DNA from: Paraspadella gotoi
Lineage: Eukaryota; Animalia; Chaetognatha
Length of the DNA stretch: 64,000 bases
Assembly: GCA_051294375.1 (NCBI GenBank)
Contig: CM119266.1
Coordinates: 19,913,657-19,977,656, forward strand
Direction of reading: 5' to 3'
Positions 40,301 through 53,100 of the stretch are shown piece after piece; within the stretch, counting starts at the first letter, position 1, and the number at the start of each line of letters is the position of its first letter. The notes beneath the pieces are model-generated. The model did not search any database and was not told the DNA's origin. It saw only the letters and a program-made list of their open reading frames with translations. Position numbers and translations under genes: made by a program.

Positions 40301-41730
40301 TATAATGATAAGCACCGAAAGGAAAACTAACGGTGTCGGGCGTGCACGCACATCGACAGAAAGAATTCACAGACTGGAAAACCCCGCCGATGAAGCCAAC
40401 ATGAATGCCTCTTTATAGGGGTTTTTGGGGTTGCGTATATTCAATGTTTCAGATTTTATTGAAAAATAAACAAATCAAATTACAAGCAACGTTCGACTCG
40501 TGTAAAGAAAAGAATTAAGTCAAAGATTTTTTTCCCATGATTTTTGACCACGTTTTGCCTTGAATTCTATTTTAATTTTTACGTAATTTGAGCGCTTCAT
40601 TATTTTCTCTCCTAGTTCATGAAACGCATTTTTTTTTAAAATGCGTCTGAAAAAAAGAAGGAAAAATGGATGAACATTGAGCATAAAAAAAAGCGATAGA
40701 TATCCGACTCCAACCTGATTACGCAACCGTCAGACTCTGACTTCTCTTCTACATTCTCCAATCGTCATCCCACATTTTAGTTTAAAATTTCCAATATTTC
40801 CGTCAAGTTAATATTCAGGTTAAATTTTAATTTAAGAATTAAAGAACAAAAAGTGGCGCTCTCGAAAAAAAAAAGAGCGAGTATGGTGGAGTGAAATCCA
40901 GCAACCGTTTATCAGCAGCTATTGTGCAGGAGACACACCATTCGCCTCCGGTCCAGGGTTTTAGCCCGCCTAGCTGTTAAGAAGAGACGGAGCGCTGAAC
41001 CCCCCTGTAACATCCTGATCTGAAGCTCTGGGACTGCTTTTATGGTCGGTGTTATCAATTACTCATAACAAATATTCTGGTCCTATAAGCGAATTATTTT
41101 GTCTCGTAATTTTAATAACCAGCCCAGCGAAAAAATGGCAATATCATTTTATCATTAAATCATGATTAAGCAATAGTTTCTTTAATGATTTGTTTAATGA
41201 TTTGTTTTCAAACCTCTGGGCCCGGCGGATCTGCATTTGGGAAAAACCATAGACTACGAGATAGGTTCGGCCGAATACCGAATCCTCATTTCGACTCAAA
41301 AGGACTCACGGAACCCAAATCTCTTGTTTTTCAGTTTCGCCGCTTATTTGTTCAAAGGATAAAACATAACATCAGTTTTATATCTGAATTTAAAAAAAAT
41401 AATGATAGAAGAAAAAAAGAAACGAAGAAATAAAAAAGAAAGTTTAAAAGGAAGAATTGTTGGCCGGTTACTCAGATCAGTAATGCTACGCCGCATTCCT
41501 ATTTTTGTTTGACAAAAAATTCTAGGGAGAAATTCGTCGAATGATGAAATTCCCTCTGGTGGTAAAAAAAATTAAGGCATGACAGACGAAAAGAAGGGAG
41601 AGAGAATGGGTTGAAGGAAACGGTTCCGATCAGTGGGGTAGGCAGAAAATGGTTGAGGGCTTTCCAAAGAAAAAACAATATGACAATAATTAAAGAATAT
41701 AAACTTTATAAAGAGAGAGAGAGAAGAGAA

Positions 41731-41813
<83 letters not shown>

Positions 41814-44800
41814 TTAAATGGGGGAAAAGAGAGAAAGAGATAAAATAGACGAGTGTACTGTACATTGTACAATATGGTTGAAAACTCTTACCTCCAACGT
41901 AAACAAATTGGCGGGGCTCTGGAAATTCGAAGAGACTTGAAAAAGAAAAAAATGTTAGGGGTGTTGACTGTTGAGGCGATGAGGTTAATATAAAGAGGTA
42001 CGTGGTGAAGCAAATAGAAAATCTAACATAAGATTAAGATATCTGTTATCACGTTGGCCCGCAGACAATAAAAATTTAAAGTGTTTCTCTCTCTTTTTTT
42101 TCTTTCTCTCTAATTGTCTCATTTTCAACTATCGGTGGGGCTTAGATTTAAAAACAAAAATCAACAAAAGCAGAATCGTAAAAATTATAAAATAAAAGTA
42201 CTCCAAAAAGTTATAGAGGCGAAATAATTTTCTTGAAAAAATTATAGAATTTTAAAAGTATAGCTATACAAAAATAAATGAAAAAGTAAAATTACGTGTT
42301 TTCTCTACTCGATTTTTGTTCTCAAGTCGCCGAAAACGGTTCTCGTAGGTCTTTTCCTCTGGAGGAGAAGAAACAAAAAAAAATCTCGAGACCAAAAAAC
42401 AAAAAGGCAGAAACCACAGAATAATCTTTTCCGACGAATGCAACGTTTTTTCGTTTAGATTTCAAATCTGGTTTGACATTTTTCGTTTATTTCTCGCGAT
42501 GCGAAGTCAAAACGCACCTGCGCTTCGAATGAAAAGCTTGTATGTAAATACAGGGTTCGGACTTAAAACTTACCCCCCTTAGGAAAATTATTAATTCCTC
42601 GATAATTTGTACTTATGATAATATATCGGAAAAATTTGGTTTTATATATTACTTGATTGGTCATTTTATTTCACGTTTAGCTTATGTCAGCTACTCATTT
42701 TATGAGTATACCTTCCTTAGAGATGAGTAGACGATATGAAAGTCTTTACATTCTTGGTACCACGGTATATTCAATAATGGGTCGAGATTGATGTAATTAC
42801 GGTTACAAGTACTGTTGAGAGTTACATTTAATTCGCCCCATACGGCAAATCCAAAAATTTAGTTACTGTATTATAAGGGGCATAATTGCTTCCCATACTA
42901 ATGTTTTTCGACATAGCAAAAACGAAATACAATTCAACAGATAGAAAAATTTTATAAAAACAATTGTACTTTGGGGGAGGATCAATTAGGGGGTAAGATT
43001 CAAGTCGAACTCTGTAAACTAAATACACGAATGAATAAAAAATTTTTAACATGGATGTCAAATTTGACACTTGTTGTCAAGACGATAGGAATAAGAATTG
43101 CATCGTAAAACTGTTGTCAATAATTCAATAATAGTAATGAAAATACAAAAAAATATGATTTGTCAACGTTTATTCGCAATTGATAGAAGTAAATTGCCAG
43201 AGTATCTCAAATAACATTTGGTAATCAATTAGATAAGTAAGTTACCTTTAAAAAAAATCATTGTTCTCTTAATTATTCAAGAAAAATTTAAAAGGGATTG
43301 GATGGAAATGGTTCTGTCGTGTTTTCTTCCGTCTCCTTGCATAAGATGATGATGATGATCTGAGATGACGCTAGATAACTATTAAACTGGTAATGGTCAG
43401 TAAGGAATTAGAAAAAAAGGAAATGGTAAATTTGACCCCAAAAAAAAAAAAATTGCAGGTTTGTAGCAATGTACAATTTGTACATTTTTCAACTGCGCTT
43501 GCGCTCAGCGCGCGTGGTTGTCTTCAAACGAAGAGGATAAAACAAAAAATTGATTTGAGGTGAAAAAAGGTAAGTTACGTCAAACTCAAATGACTTAATC
43601 CTAAAAGTAAAGATGAGCATCCTATTACCTTATTCACAATAAGCGCATCAGTATTAGGGGCTCTGAGATCGATACTTCCAGTAGCATTCAGTCATGGATC
43701 AGTCGTCCAGGTAATTAAGCCGCCAGCGGTGCAAAAGGTTGCGGTCATTATCTTAAGGCTAAACTCTAAATAAGTATAGAATTAATGGAACAAGGAGCGA
43801 GTTTGCCCTCCACCGCAAGTGATCAAATGACTAATTTCCGATAAACCTCTCTTTTTGGCAAAACAACTTTTCTCGTATGCTGATATCAAGAATCCTCTGA
43901 GGTTGTTGAAAGTTCAAATGTTGAGATTGATTTGAAAAAATATGGAGAAAAAATTCATAAACGACAATTTGGTTCTTAAAAAATTATTTATGGTAATTGA
44001 ACGACTTTTGCATTAAAAAGAAATTGACCTAACAATATTTTTTGATATTATATTATAAGTAATAGGTGTATGTTTGCTAAATATAAAATCATAATTTAAT
44101 CTCTTTAAAGTGCGCTAAGCAAATTAGATCGAAAATCGATCAAAGAAAAAGATCTTATGATAATTTCTGAAGATATCGAATTCTCTTTTATTTTTTTTGA
44201 ATGAAAACATTTTTAAATTCTCAAATGGTGACGAATGCGGATGGATAAATTAGTAACTGATTAGTGAGAGATATATCATTAGGACTAAATCTAGTTGATT
44301 GAAATCGGCTGAAATTCGATGAGTTTTTACTATGTTTTTTATATCATACATATGACATATTATGAAAATCTTTTTTTTATTTGTTAACAAACTAGACAAA
44401 GTGCTGATACCATAACAAGTCAAATAATTTTTCTCTTCCACCCATGTGGGTGAAACAACCTCTCAAAGACTCACCCAAAATAGAGATTTGCTTATAACTG
44501 AGAAAGAATAATTTTTTGGAAACTGGTATCTTACCTTAGACTTTGTAGCATATTATGAAAGACTGAATAGGTATCATGCCCGTATGTTCAAGTGGCTTTT
44601 ATCCGGTTTTATTTTTTTTTGGATCACTGTGCACCGTCGCAAAGGGAAGTGCAAGAAGTCAACAAAAAATCCGAGGATAAAAATTGATTTCGAAAAAGAC
44701 AAGGCAGGTTTTCAATTCATTAATTTTTTTTTTTCTTATCAGTTTCATAGACCTTCTGGATTGGCCAAGGGCACATGCGTCCTAAACGTCCACGGCCTGG

Positions 44801-45226
44801 ATTCCTCACCCTTTCCCAACACCTCGTCGAGATCCCTAAAATCCTAACCCGTCGAGTAAACGAGCAAGTTATCGTCCCTCGTCTTCATTTTTCCGAAAGG
44901 TTTTTCATTAACGAAACGGTTTACAGTTTATAAAAAGTTCAATGAGACAATCGCAAGAGTAATTTTGAGGATTCAACTCTCGATTTTTCCGACTCTCCAG
45001 CAATCGGCCGCTTTCAATCGGTGCAAGCCTTCCATTCTCTTTTTATCTTTCCTCTGTTGTCGTCGTCCTCGTCGCAGTATCGTCAATTTTTATCTGCTTC
45101 ATTTTAACCGCGACTCCGGGTCGGACGAGCTCCAGGTGCTCCCCGGTAAGGTTTTTGGCGACGGCATTTTGACTCTGTGGTTGAGAATTGAGAGAATGTT
45201 ATGGTTTCTTTCGGACGTTCTCTCTC

Positions 45227-45273
<47 letters not shown>

Positions 45274-48200
45274 TAGCTGATAACCGTAAAACATAAGTCG
45301 TCGCTCATGAACTCCTGAACCGGTTGGAACTTGATAAAGATGTTCCTTTAAATGAAATTTTATTTAGTTTTTTTCAGAAAACTCATTTTTGGCAAGATTT
45401 GGAATTTAAACGTGAATTGTTTTTTTTTTTCGTCTCCGCTTGCTATATAAGGAAAATGAAAGATTTAAAATATTTTTTTTTAATTTATAGAGAAATATTT
45501 GGAAGTCGATGAAGGACGAAAAGCCTTCTAAATATTGCGTTTCGTCATAAATTAAATAATATTATTCTAAATCTTAATTTTTTTTACGGCAAGCGAGACC
45601 AAAAACAATTTAAATTCAAAATGAGAGAGAAGACTCGAAAAAGGTCGAAACATGTCCGTTTCAGAAATTAAACTCGTTGTTTGTAAACAACGAGTCATAA
45701 TGGTCTCCCAGATTCGCTAATCGTTCCCTAATCACTATATACTATAAAATAAAATATAATATCAGAATAAGATCAATTCAGTAACTCGACGAAAGGTCCA
45801 TCGGCCCTAGCCTTTGGCTAATTATTTTTTTTTTTTTTTGGGGGGGGGTGAGGGCACAAATTATTCACCTTTGGATGATTCCCGTATCACTGACGCCAGG
45901 CAAAGTTTTTAGGAGAGGTTCATAAACAATCGCCATCGAAGTTCTCATGCCTGAAAGGCGAGGATACCAATTCATTTTTTTTTTTAGTCTCCGTATTTTG
46001 ACCTACCTCGAAAAAAGAATCTCTAGGAAGTAGGATTGCGACGGCGTCTCTCTATTAAAAGAGCCGACCGAACGACCTCCGCTTCCTTAGAAATCCTTAA
46101 ATCCTCATCGAATTTATCGCCAATTAGTCCACATTTATCCACAATTATCCACATTATCAACATTTATGATCGTGACCTGGTGACAGGAAGAACTTCTTCG
46201 GAGGCACCAATCTCACTTGCGCGTAATTTCCGATCATCAGTTCGTCTTGACTCGGAAGAGTCCACGATAATTCGAGCTCCATTATCTGAGTTAGAAAATA
46301 AATATTTACCTTATTGCTTCTGAGTTAAATTTAAAAAAAAATGCGTATACAGATTCGAATATTTTTTACGCCTCCAGTGCCACTAGTTTCAATCTCGCCT
46401 GTAAATTGCAAAGTTCCACCGTAACGGATTCCTTCTTTTGTTCGTGAACGTTAATGATAACATGATGAGGATATACTTCAAACCGCTCACCGCCTAATCG
46501 ATTATTTTATTATAATGTATTAATTCATTTAGGCATTTATTCATCAATTTAATACCGGTGCGATAAAACAATTGCAGTCCTGGCTCGGTACAGTGACGAG
46601 AGAGGGCAGTCGCTCGGATATATAATACTCGTCTGAAAAAAAAATTTAGTATTTTTTTTTCAGGCTCATTTTCAACTCTTTGGTCGGTCGGTCTCTGTCG
46701 GGTTATCTGTCTAAAACTATCAATTAAAATTATATTAAAGACTTTTTATGTGCATACATATCATACTTGTGCAATCATATAATAATTATAAAATCAGTCA
46801 TACTTATATACAGAAACTTAATATAGCATAATGTATTAAATATTAAATCCTTTTAGGTGATACTTAGCAGGATAATTAACAATTAATTAAACCATGAGAT
46901 GCTTTTCGAGCATGTATTTTTTACTTATAATGGCACAACGTCACGAACAGCCAGTTCTTGTTTTGGTTAGTTTTTAATTCTCACTACTCACTACTACCAG
47001 CGATGCCGACTCGCTGGCTAGAATCCCTGAACGAGGGCCGGTTTTTGTAGGAGACTCTCTTCCCCTCTTCATTGAGTCCAGTGGACATAGACACAAAGGG
47101 TTTTCCGCCGCATGCGCCGAATCGACCGAGAGAGTCATTGCGCAGGTGCCCGCCGAGCGAAAGAGTGAACCCGTGGAGGTGCAATTGATGCGGGAACCTG
47201 TACAACTGGGTGATTGAAACATCCTCGACTCCTCCATCATAATGATGCGTTCGTAGCTCTTCGTGTAGTAGTTTTGCGCCTTAAAAAAAATGTTGGAAAT
47301 AATCCAATAATAGAAAATGAGAGAGAGAATCCTTTTTGACAATCGTCCTTGCCTCTTCGATTGCTTTAGCGACCAATTTTCTTGGCCGATCTTATCTATC
47401 CTTTCCATTCTTTGTTTCATGAGAGATTCTGGACGAAGATGCACCGGTTTCCAGTCAGAGAGAAAGTAGCAGCCAAACTCGGCGCCAGGTTCGCGAGCCG
47501 GCGCCACTCTTCCAGCGTCGATTGACGCATCCGTTGGATGTTGCGCTGCCATCTAAGAATAAAAAGGGAAACAGAAGATTAAAAATGGACGAAAGAGAAA
47601 AAAAGAGGGGAAAGAAATGAAGTCAACAAGGAACGGTTATTCCAAGGTGTTCGCCGCATTACTTTTCTTTTTACTTATCATGTCATTTATTCCTTATGGT
47701 TTATAAGATTTCTTTAAAACCAAAGGCGGCGCCAGTAGTCGCTGAGATTTGATTTTTAACAAATGAGCTACAAATATAAGCAAGTTATAAGCGTTTTTAA
47801 CGTAAGTGGGACAGACCGACGAACAGACATACCGACGGATCGACCGACCGACCGAAAAGTGACTTATAGAGTTGCTAAAAAAAATAGAGGACGCCGTCGC
47901 GACCTATCTTCGTTCTTGTCGATCTCCCAGGGTTCCCTGTACATTCTCCAGAGATTTTCCGAATCCTGGATGTGCAGCAAGTCGTCCAGTTGAAAGACTA
48001 TTCGTTCTAGGGTTTGATCCCAATACGACATCCGCATGTCCGCTGGCTTCGGACAACACATCCAGCAGAAATTCCAAGCCTCAGTTTCTGACGCTTGGTG
48101 TAGCAGGTGCAACGGGCTTTTGGTTGACCGAAGCTGACAGTGGCATTCGTAAATTTTAAAGCACCGCTTTTTCATTCTTTTAATTTTTTTTATATGGATA

Positions 48201-49770
48201 TTTTTTTCATATTCCCACCGGGGCGAAAATTTCCCAGGTGTCAAGTGGTCGGCGTGGAATGGCCGGAACTGAAAAAAAAATAAGGGTTTGAAGATGGCCT
48301 GAGTCTGTTGTATGGTTCTATAATAGTCATCATTTACATCGTTATTCATCCATATAATAAATATTTTCATTAGAGTAAAATTATGTAGAGATATGGCTCG
48401 TCGTTTCTATGGATTTACCTTTTGTTTACCATTTTTCATTGTTTTCAGAAGCATTTCAGATGGAATCAGAACCAGGAATGGAATCGGACCGCGACTCGGA
48501 TAAAATTTACCAAGGACCCGCTGATTGGATGAATCATCTTCGAATCAGCCAATGAGAAGACGGCTTCATGCCATCGGGAAACGAGCCCATGTCGATGACC
48601 GATTGTATGATATAAATACCTTTTCTTCGGAGACTTTACTCCTCTTTTTTTTTTTTACCAGATATATATATAGGCTCATGTAAATACAATGACTTTCGCG
48701 CCTCCAAAAACGACCTTTTACGAGGCGAGGATACTCCTGTCACCACCATGTCACCCCTTTATGATACACGTCATGACAAGACCATAGACCCCACCAAAGA
48801 CCTGCATGGAGACTTGTGGACAGACTGGTGATCCTTTCCTCGGACTCGTGGATGCGTTGTGGACGGACTTGTGGCCTCCTTTACCGGGCCACACTTGTGG
48901 CTGACAATCTCGGCGACCACGGGCCAAGGCGCTACATCATCCTCAGATACGGCGGTGCGGCGTTCGTGGCGCTCGTTCAGCGGCGCCAGACGCTGCCGCG
49001 CCCACTTCCGGCGATGTCTTCGAGGACGAGACGGAGGAACTTCCTAGGTAACAGCAGGACGGGAGAGAGCGAAGGACAGCACCGGCGAGCGAGGCAAGAT
49101 CACTGACAGTAAAATGTCGTTTTTGGACGGGCGAGAAAGTCACCTAGTCATCTAACATAGCTCTATATATATCTGGTGAAGAGAAAAAAAGATATAATAA
49201 ATAATAATAATAATATAATAAGAATAATAAATATCGCCATATTCATCAATCAATCAATATCGCCAATTCATCATCAATAGTTAACGTTATTGAAATTGAC
49301 CATTGTTCTCACATTGTTGACGAAAAGAAGGAACGTAAGATTTAGGTTTGATGTTTTCCTCTATGAAGCGAGCGCCGTCAATCGTACAGACGCCTTAAAT
49401 CTCGGCTCGTTAAACCTGGGGAGGCGAAACGGCGATAAGAGAAGTAGGTTCGTGATTTGATCGCGTAAGTCACTTTTGATTAGTTGCAGCCTGAAGCCGA
49501 ATTCTTTGTCGAGATCTTCATGTTGCTCCAGAGAAGGATCGCCATTTCTTTGTTCGACGACGATCTCTTATAAGTCTGGGATCGAGAATCACCACAGTGC
49601 ATGAGAACGAAATCGCAGAGTTCGATTTAAACTTTAAATAAAGTGAACGCGACTCATAGATCCTTTTCATGATCTGTCCTGAACTGAATATTATTATTAT
49701 TATATAATTATTATAATTATAATTATAATTATTATTATTTATTATTATTATTATTATTATTATTTTATTA

Positions 49771-49801
<31 letters not shown>

Positions 49802-50190
49802 TCTGAAAATGTCATCTAACGAACTAAAAAAAGTACTAAAATCTGTTTGATTCAGCTTTACCGTGTTCCTTTCCCTCGCAGATTGAACGAAGGTGTGTTT
49901 GGGGATCGATGGATTTTGTTGTCGAGTTGCGCAAAGAGCAACTGGCTATTTTGTTCAAATTGAGCCTAAATAAACGAAATTATTTAAAATAATAAAAAAT
50001 ACTGTTATCTCTCCCAAAGAAGTAAATCAAATTTGAATGGAATCTCTCCCCGTAGGAACCTCGAAAACAAATTCGTCTTTGACGAAATAGAGTTTGGGCG
50101 CGTGACCGGTGAGCAACATCTTGCCAAGCGCGTCCTTGCGGTTGAACTCGGCCCAACGCGCGTCGTAGAGCTCTTCGTCCGGCGCCTCGG
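34368..50190 (+). repeat. ~15 kb direct duplication, copy B (raw long-read-like error profile at 34368-40350)
   Basis: Same sequence as copy A with dense single-base insertions. The (CT)n tract of 13005-13131 appears scrambled at ~35795-36070. Confidence 0.95.
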
Positions 50191-53100
50191 TATCGGTCTC
50201 CGTTTCGGAGATTTCGTCTCGCTGACAAGAGCCGCGGGGGGGGGGCGAGAGTGGGGGGGCGGTTGGGAAAGACGTTGTAAATCGCAATTCGCAATGCATA
50301 TAAAAATTTCAGACAATAAAAAAAAAAATAGTGCCTGACCTATAATCGTAAGGTTTCAACAGGCATCTCCAAGGAAGACACCAACTGAAAGAAGCATAAC
50401 GACGAGAATTAGATTCTTTAAATCATATCTGGAAACCTTCTTCGTCTCATGCTATATCACTCATGATTTCATTGATATATTAATACTTTCCATTGCAATG
50501 TCCGCAATGATCTTAATTGTTTGATTTATTTTAGTCATTAGTGCAATTTTCTTGCTCATACTCATCGTTTAATCGTTATCTTCTTATTGTCTAATTGTAA
50601 ATGTCTCTTTTATTTCAGAAAAAAAAAAAAAAATTTCTCCGTCTCACTGATGTTCGTCGTTATTCTCAGATCGTGCATATTTGCGTGGGCGTTCCACTCT
50701 CCGGGGAACTTCGTCTGTGCAGCCTGAGATAAACTCGGGTTACGCGTTGTCTTAAGTTTAAAATAGACGCATTTATTATATATTGCGTTTTATTTCGAAT
50801 TAAACATGGTTGATTCAGTACAAGCAAGATGCGTCTAATGTCAAAACAAGGAGGCTAACATTTTTTTTACGTATAAAATCTAGAAATAAAGTTTTTTTTT
50901 TCTACGCTGGTTTAACAATGTAAAAATATCTTTGTAGCAAAGTAGCTACATAGGTCACGGATACTTTCAATCAGCTAATAGCTACACTACAAGTAGAGCC
51001 AAACTTCGTCAATGGGGTGGGTCAGAAGTTTGATTTGGGAACCTTTCAAATGAAACTCATACATTTCTGAGAAAACTTTCAATGGAGCAAAATTTTCTAA
51101 AATGCAAGAAGCATTAGTAATTAATTTTTTAATATTTATTTATAGATAGGAAATGTCCAAAAATTTTTTTTGAATTTTTATTTTTAAAAGCAGATTCAAA
51201 TAGCTTATGAAAGTTATCTACACAAAGTATAATTCTTTTTCAATATTTTGATGATAAGTGGGTTAAATTGAGAAAAACCTTAAAAAATCATCATCATCAT
51301 CATCATCCGATGATTTTAGCAGTTTTTACTAATTTTTAGTAATAAAACATCAAAATTTTAAAAGTTGTAATTATATTTTTGCTTAACTTTTTAAGCTCTA
51401 TCAGAATCAATTAAAAAACTTAAAATATCCAAAAAAAATTTTTGACATTATATAGCAATAAAATAATATTAATTAGCGAATTACTCATGGTTCGGAACAT
51501 TTTTGTAAAAAAATATTTTAACACAATAATTAATACCAATAATGGATTAGTTTAATGCTGTTCCCATTAAAATTTGAATTTGGTCGGCTACCTCTACTAC
51601 AAGTTCAAAACCATTGTATAGTTTCACAACCACGCAATTAAATGGGAACGCGATTCGTGTAAAACAGTGTAAACTGTCGAATTCTAAAGGAAAGAAATAC
51701 CTTGGCTAGCGATGGGTGGGGGTGGGCTTCGAATGAATTGGATGGAACCGTCGAGTCTGACGAGGAACTGGTTGCCTAGACGGTCTGTATGGATGATCAT
51801 TTCATAGGCGAGAGCATCGAAGAGCACCCGATTGTCAAAATGTGGTAAGCAGGAGCTTGAATGAGTCTGCGGCTGCTGTTGTCAATCACGTGAATTTTAT
51901 GAATTTTACAAATTACCCCCTACCCGTTATGTAANNNNNNNNNNNNNNNNNNNNNNNNNAAGTTTGATTTGGGAACCTTTCAAATGAAACTTCATACATT
52001 TTGAGAAAACTTTCAATGGAGCAAAATTTTCTAAAATGCAAGAAGCATTAGTAATTAATTTTTTAATATTTATTTATAGATAGGAAATGTCCAAAAATTT
52101 TTTTTGAATTTTTATTTTTAAAAAGCAGATTCAAATAGCTTATGAAAGTTATCTACACAAAGTATAATTCTTTTTCAATATTTTGATGATAAGTGGGTTT
52201 AAATTGAGAAAAACCTTAAAAAATCATCATCATCATCATCATCCGATGATTTTGCAGTTTTTACTAATTTTTAGTAATAAAACATCAAAATTTTAAAAGT
52301 TGTATTATATTTTTGCTTAACTTTTTAAGCTCTATCAGAATCAATTAAAAAACTTAAAATATCCAAAAAAAATTTTTTGACATTATATAGCAATAAAATA
52401 ATATTAATTAGCGAATTACTCATGGTTCGGAACATTTTTGTAAAAAAATATTTTAACACAATAAATTAATACCAATAATGGATTAGTTTAATGCTGTTCC
52501 CATTATTTGAATTTGGTCGGCTACCTCTACTACAAGTTCAAAACCATTGTATAGTTTCACAACCACGCAATTAAATGGGAACGCGATTCGTGTAAAACAG
52601 TGTAAACTGTCGAATTCTAAAGGAAAGAAAATACCTTGGCTAGCGATGGGTGGGGGTGGGCTTCGAATGAATTGGATGGAACCGTCGAGTCTGACGAGGA
52701 ACTGGTTGCCTAGACGGTCTGTATGATGATCATTTCATAGGCGAGAGCATCGAAAGAGCATGTGACGTTATGATAATGTTATACGTCTTATAAATGGCCC
52801 CTGCCTTGATCGGTGGCTTCTGGCAGTAAAAGCCCTGATCCCCACAAAGTGCGAGGCGCGTTCCTCCATGATGCGTTGCCTCGACGAATGCGATATCATC
52901 GTGATTCGTCAGAACGACGACATTGTTAAGCGCGAAGGGTGACTCGTTATTAGCTGCGCGTTCCACCACGACCTAAGCGAAGAGGAAATGGACTTTTGTT
53001 TTGTCATCGCATCAGAAAAAGACCGTAACGCGTCGCCACCTGATGTTCCACGCGACGCCAAACAAAAGGCTTCTGCAGGATCGCTATGCTCGCATAACTT

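Noticed and set aside
35780-40350. Apparently unique sequence and ORFs (e.g. 35779-36231, 37592-37981)
   Set aside because: Insertion-riddled version of ~12990-16370 with the profile of uncorrected long-read sequence.
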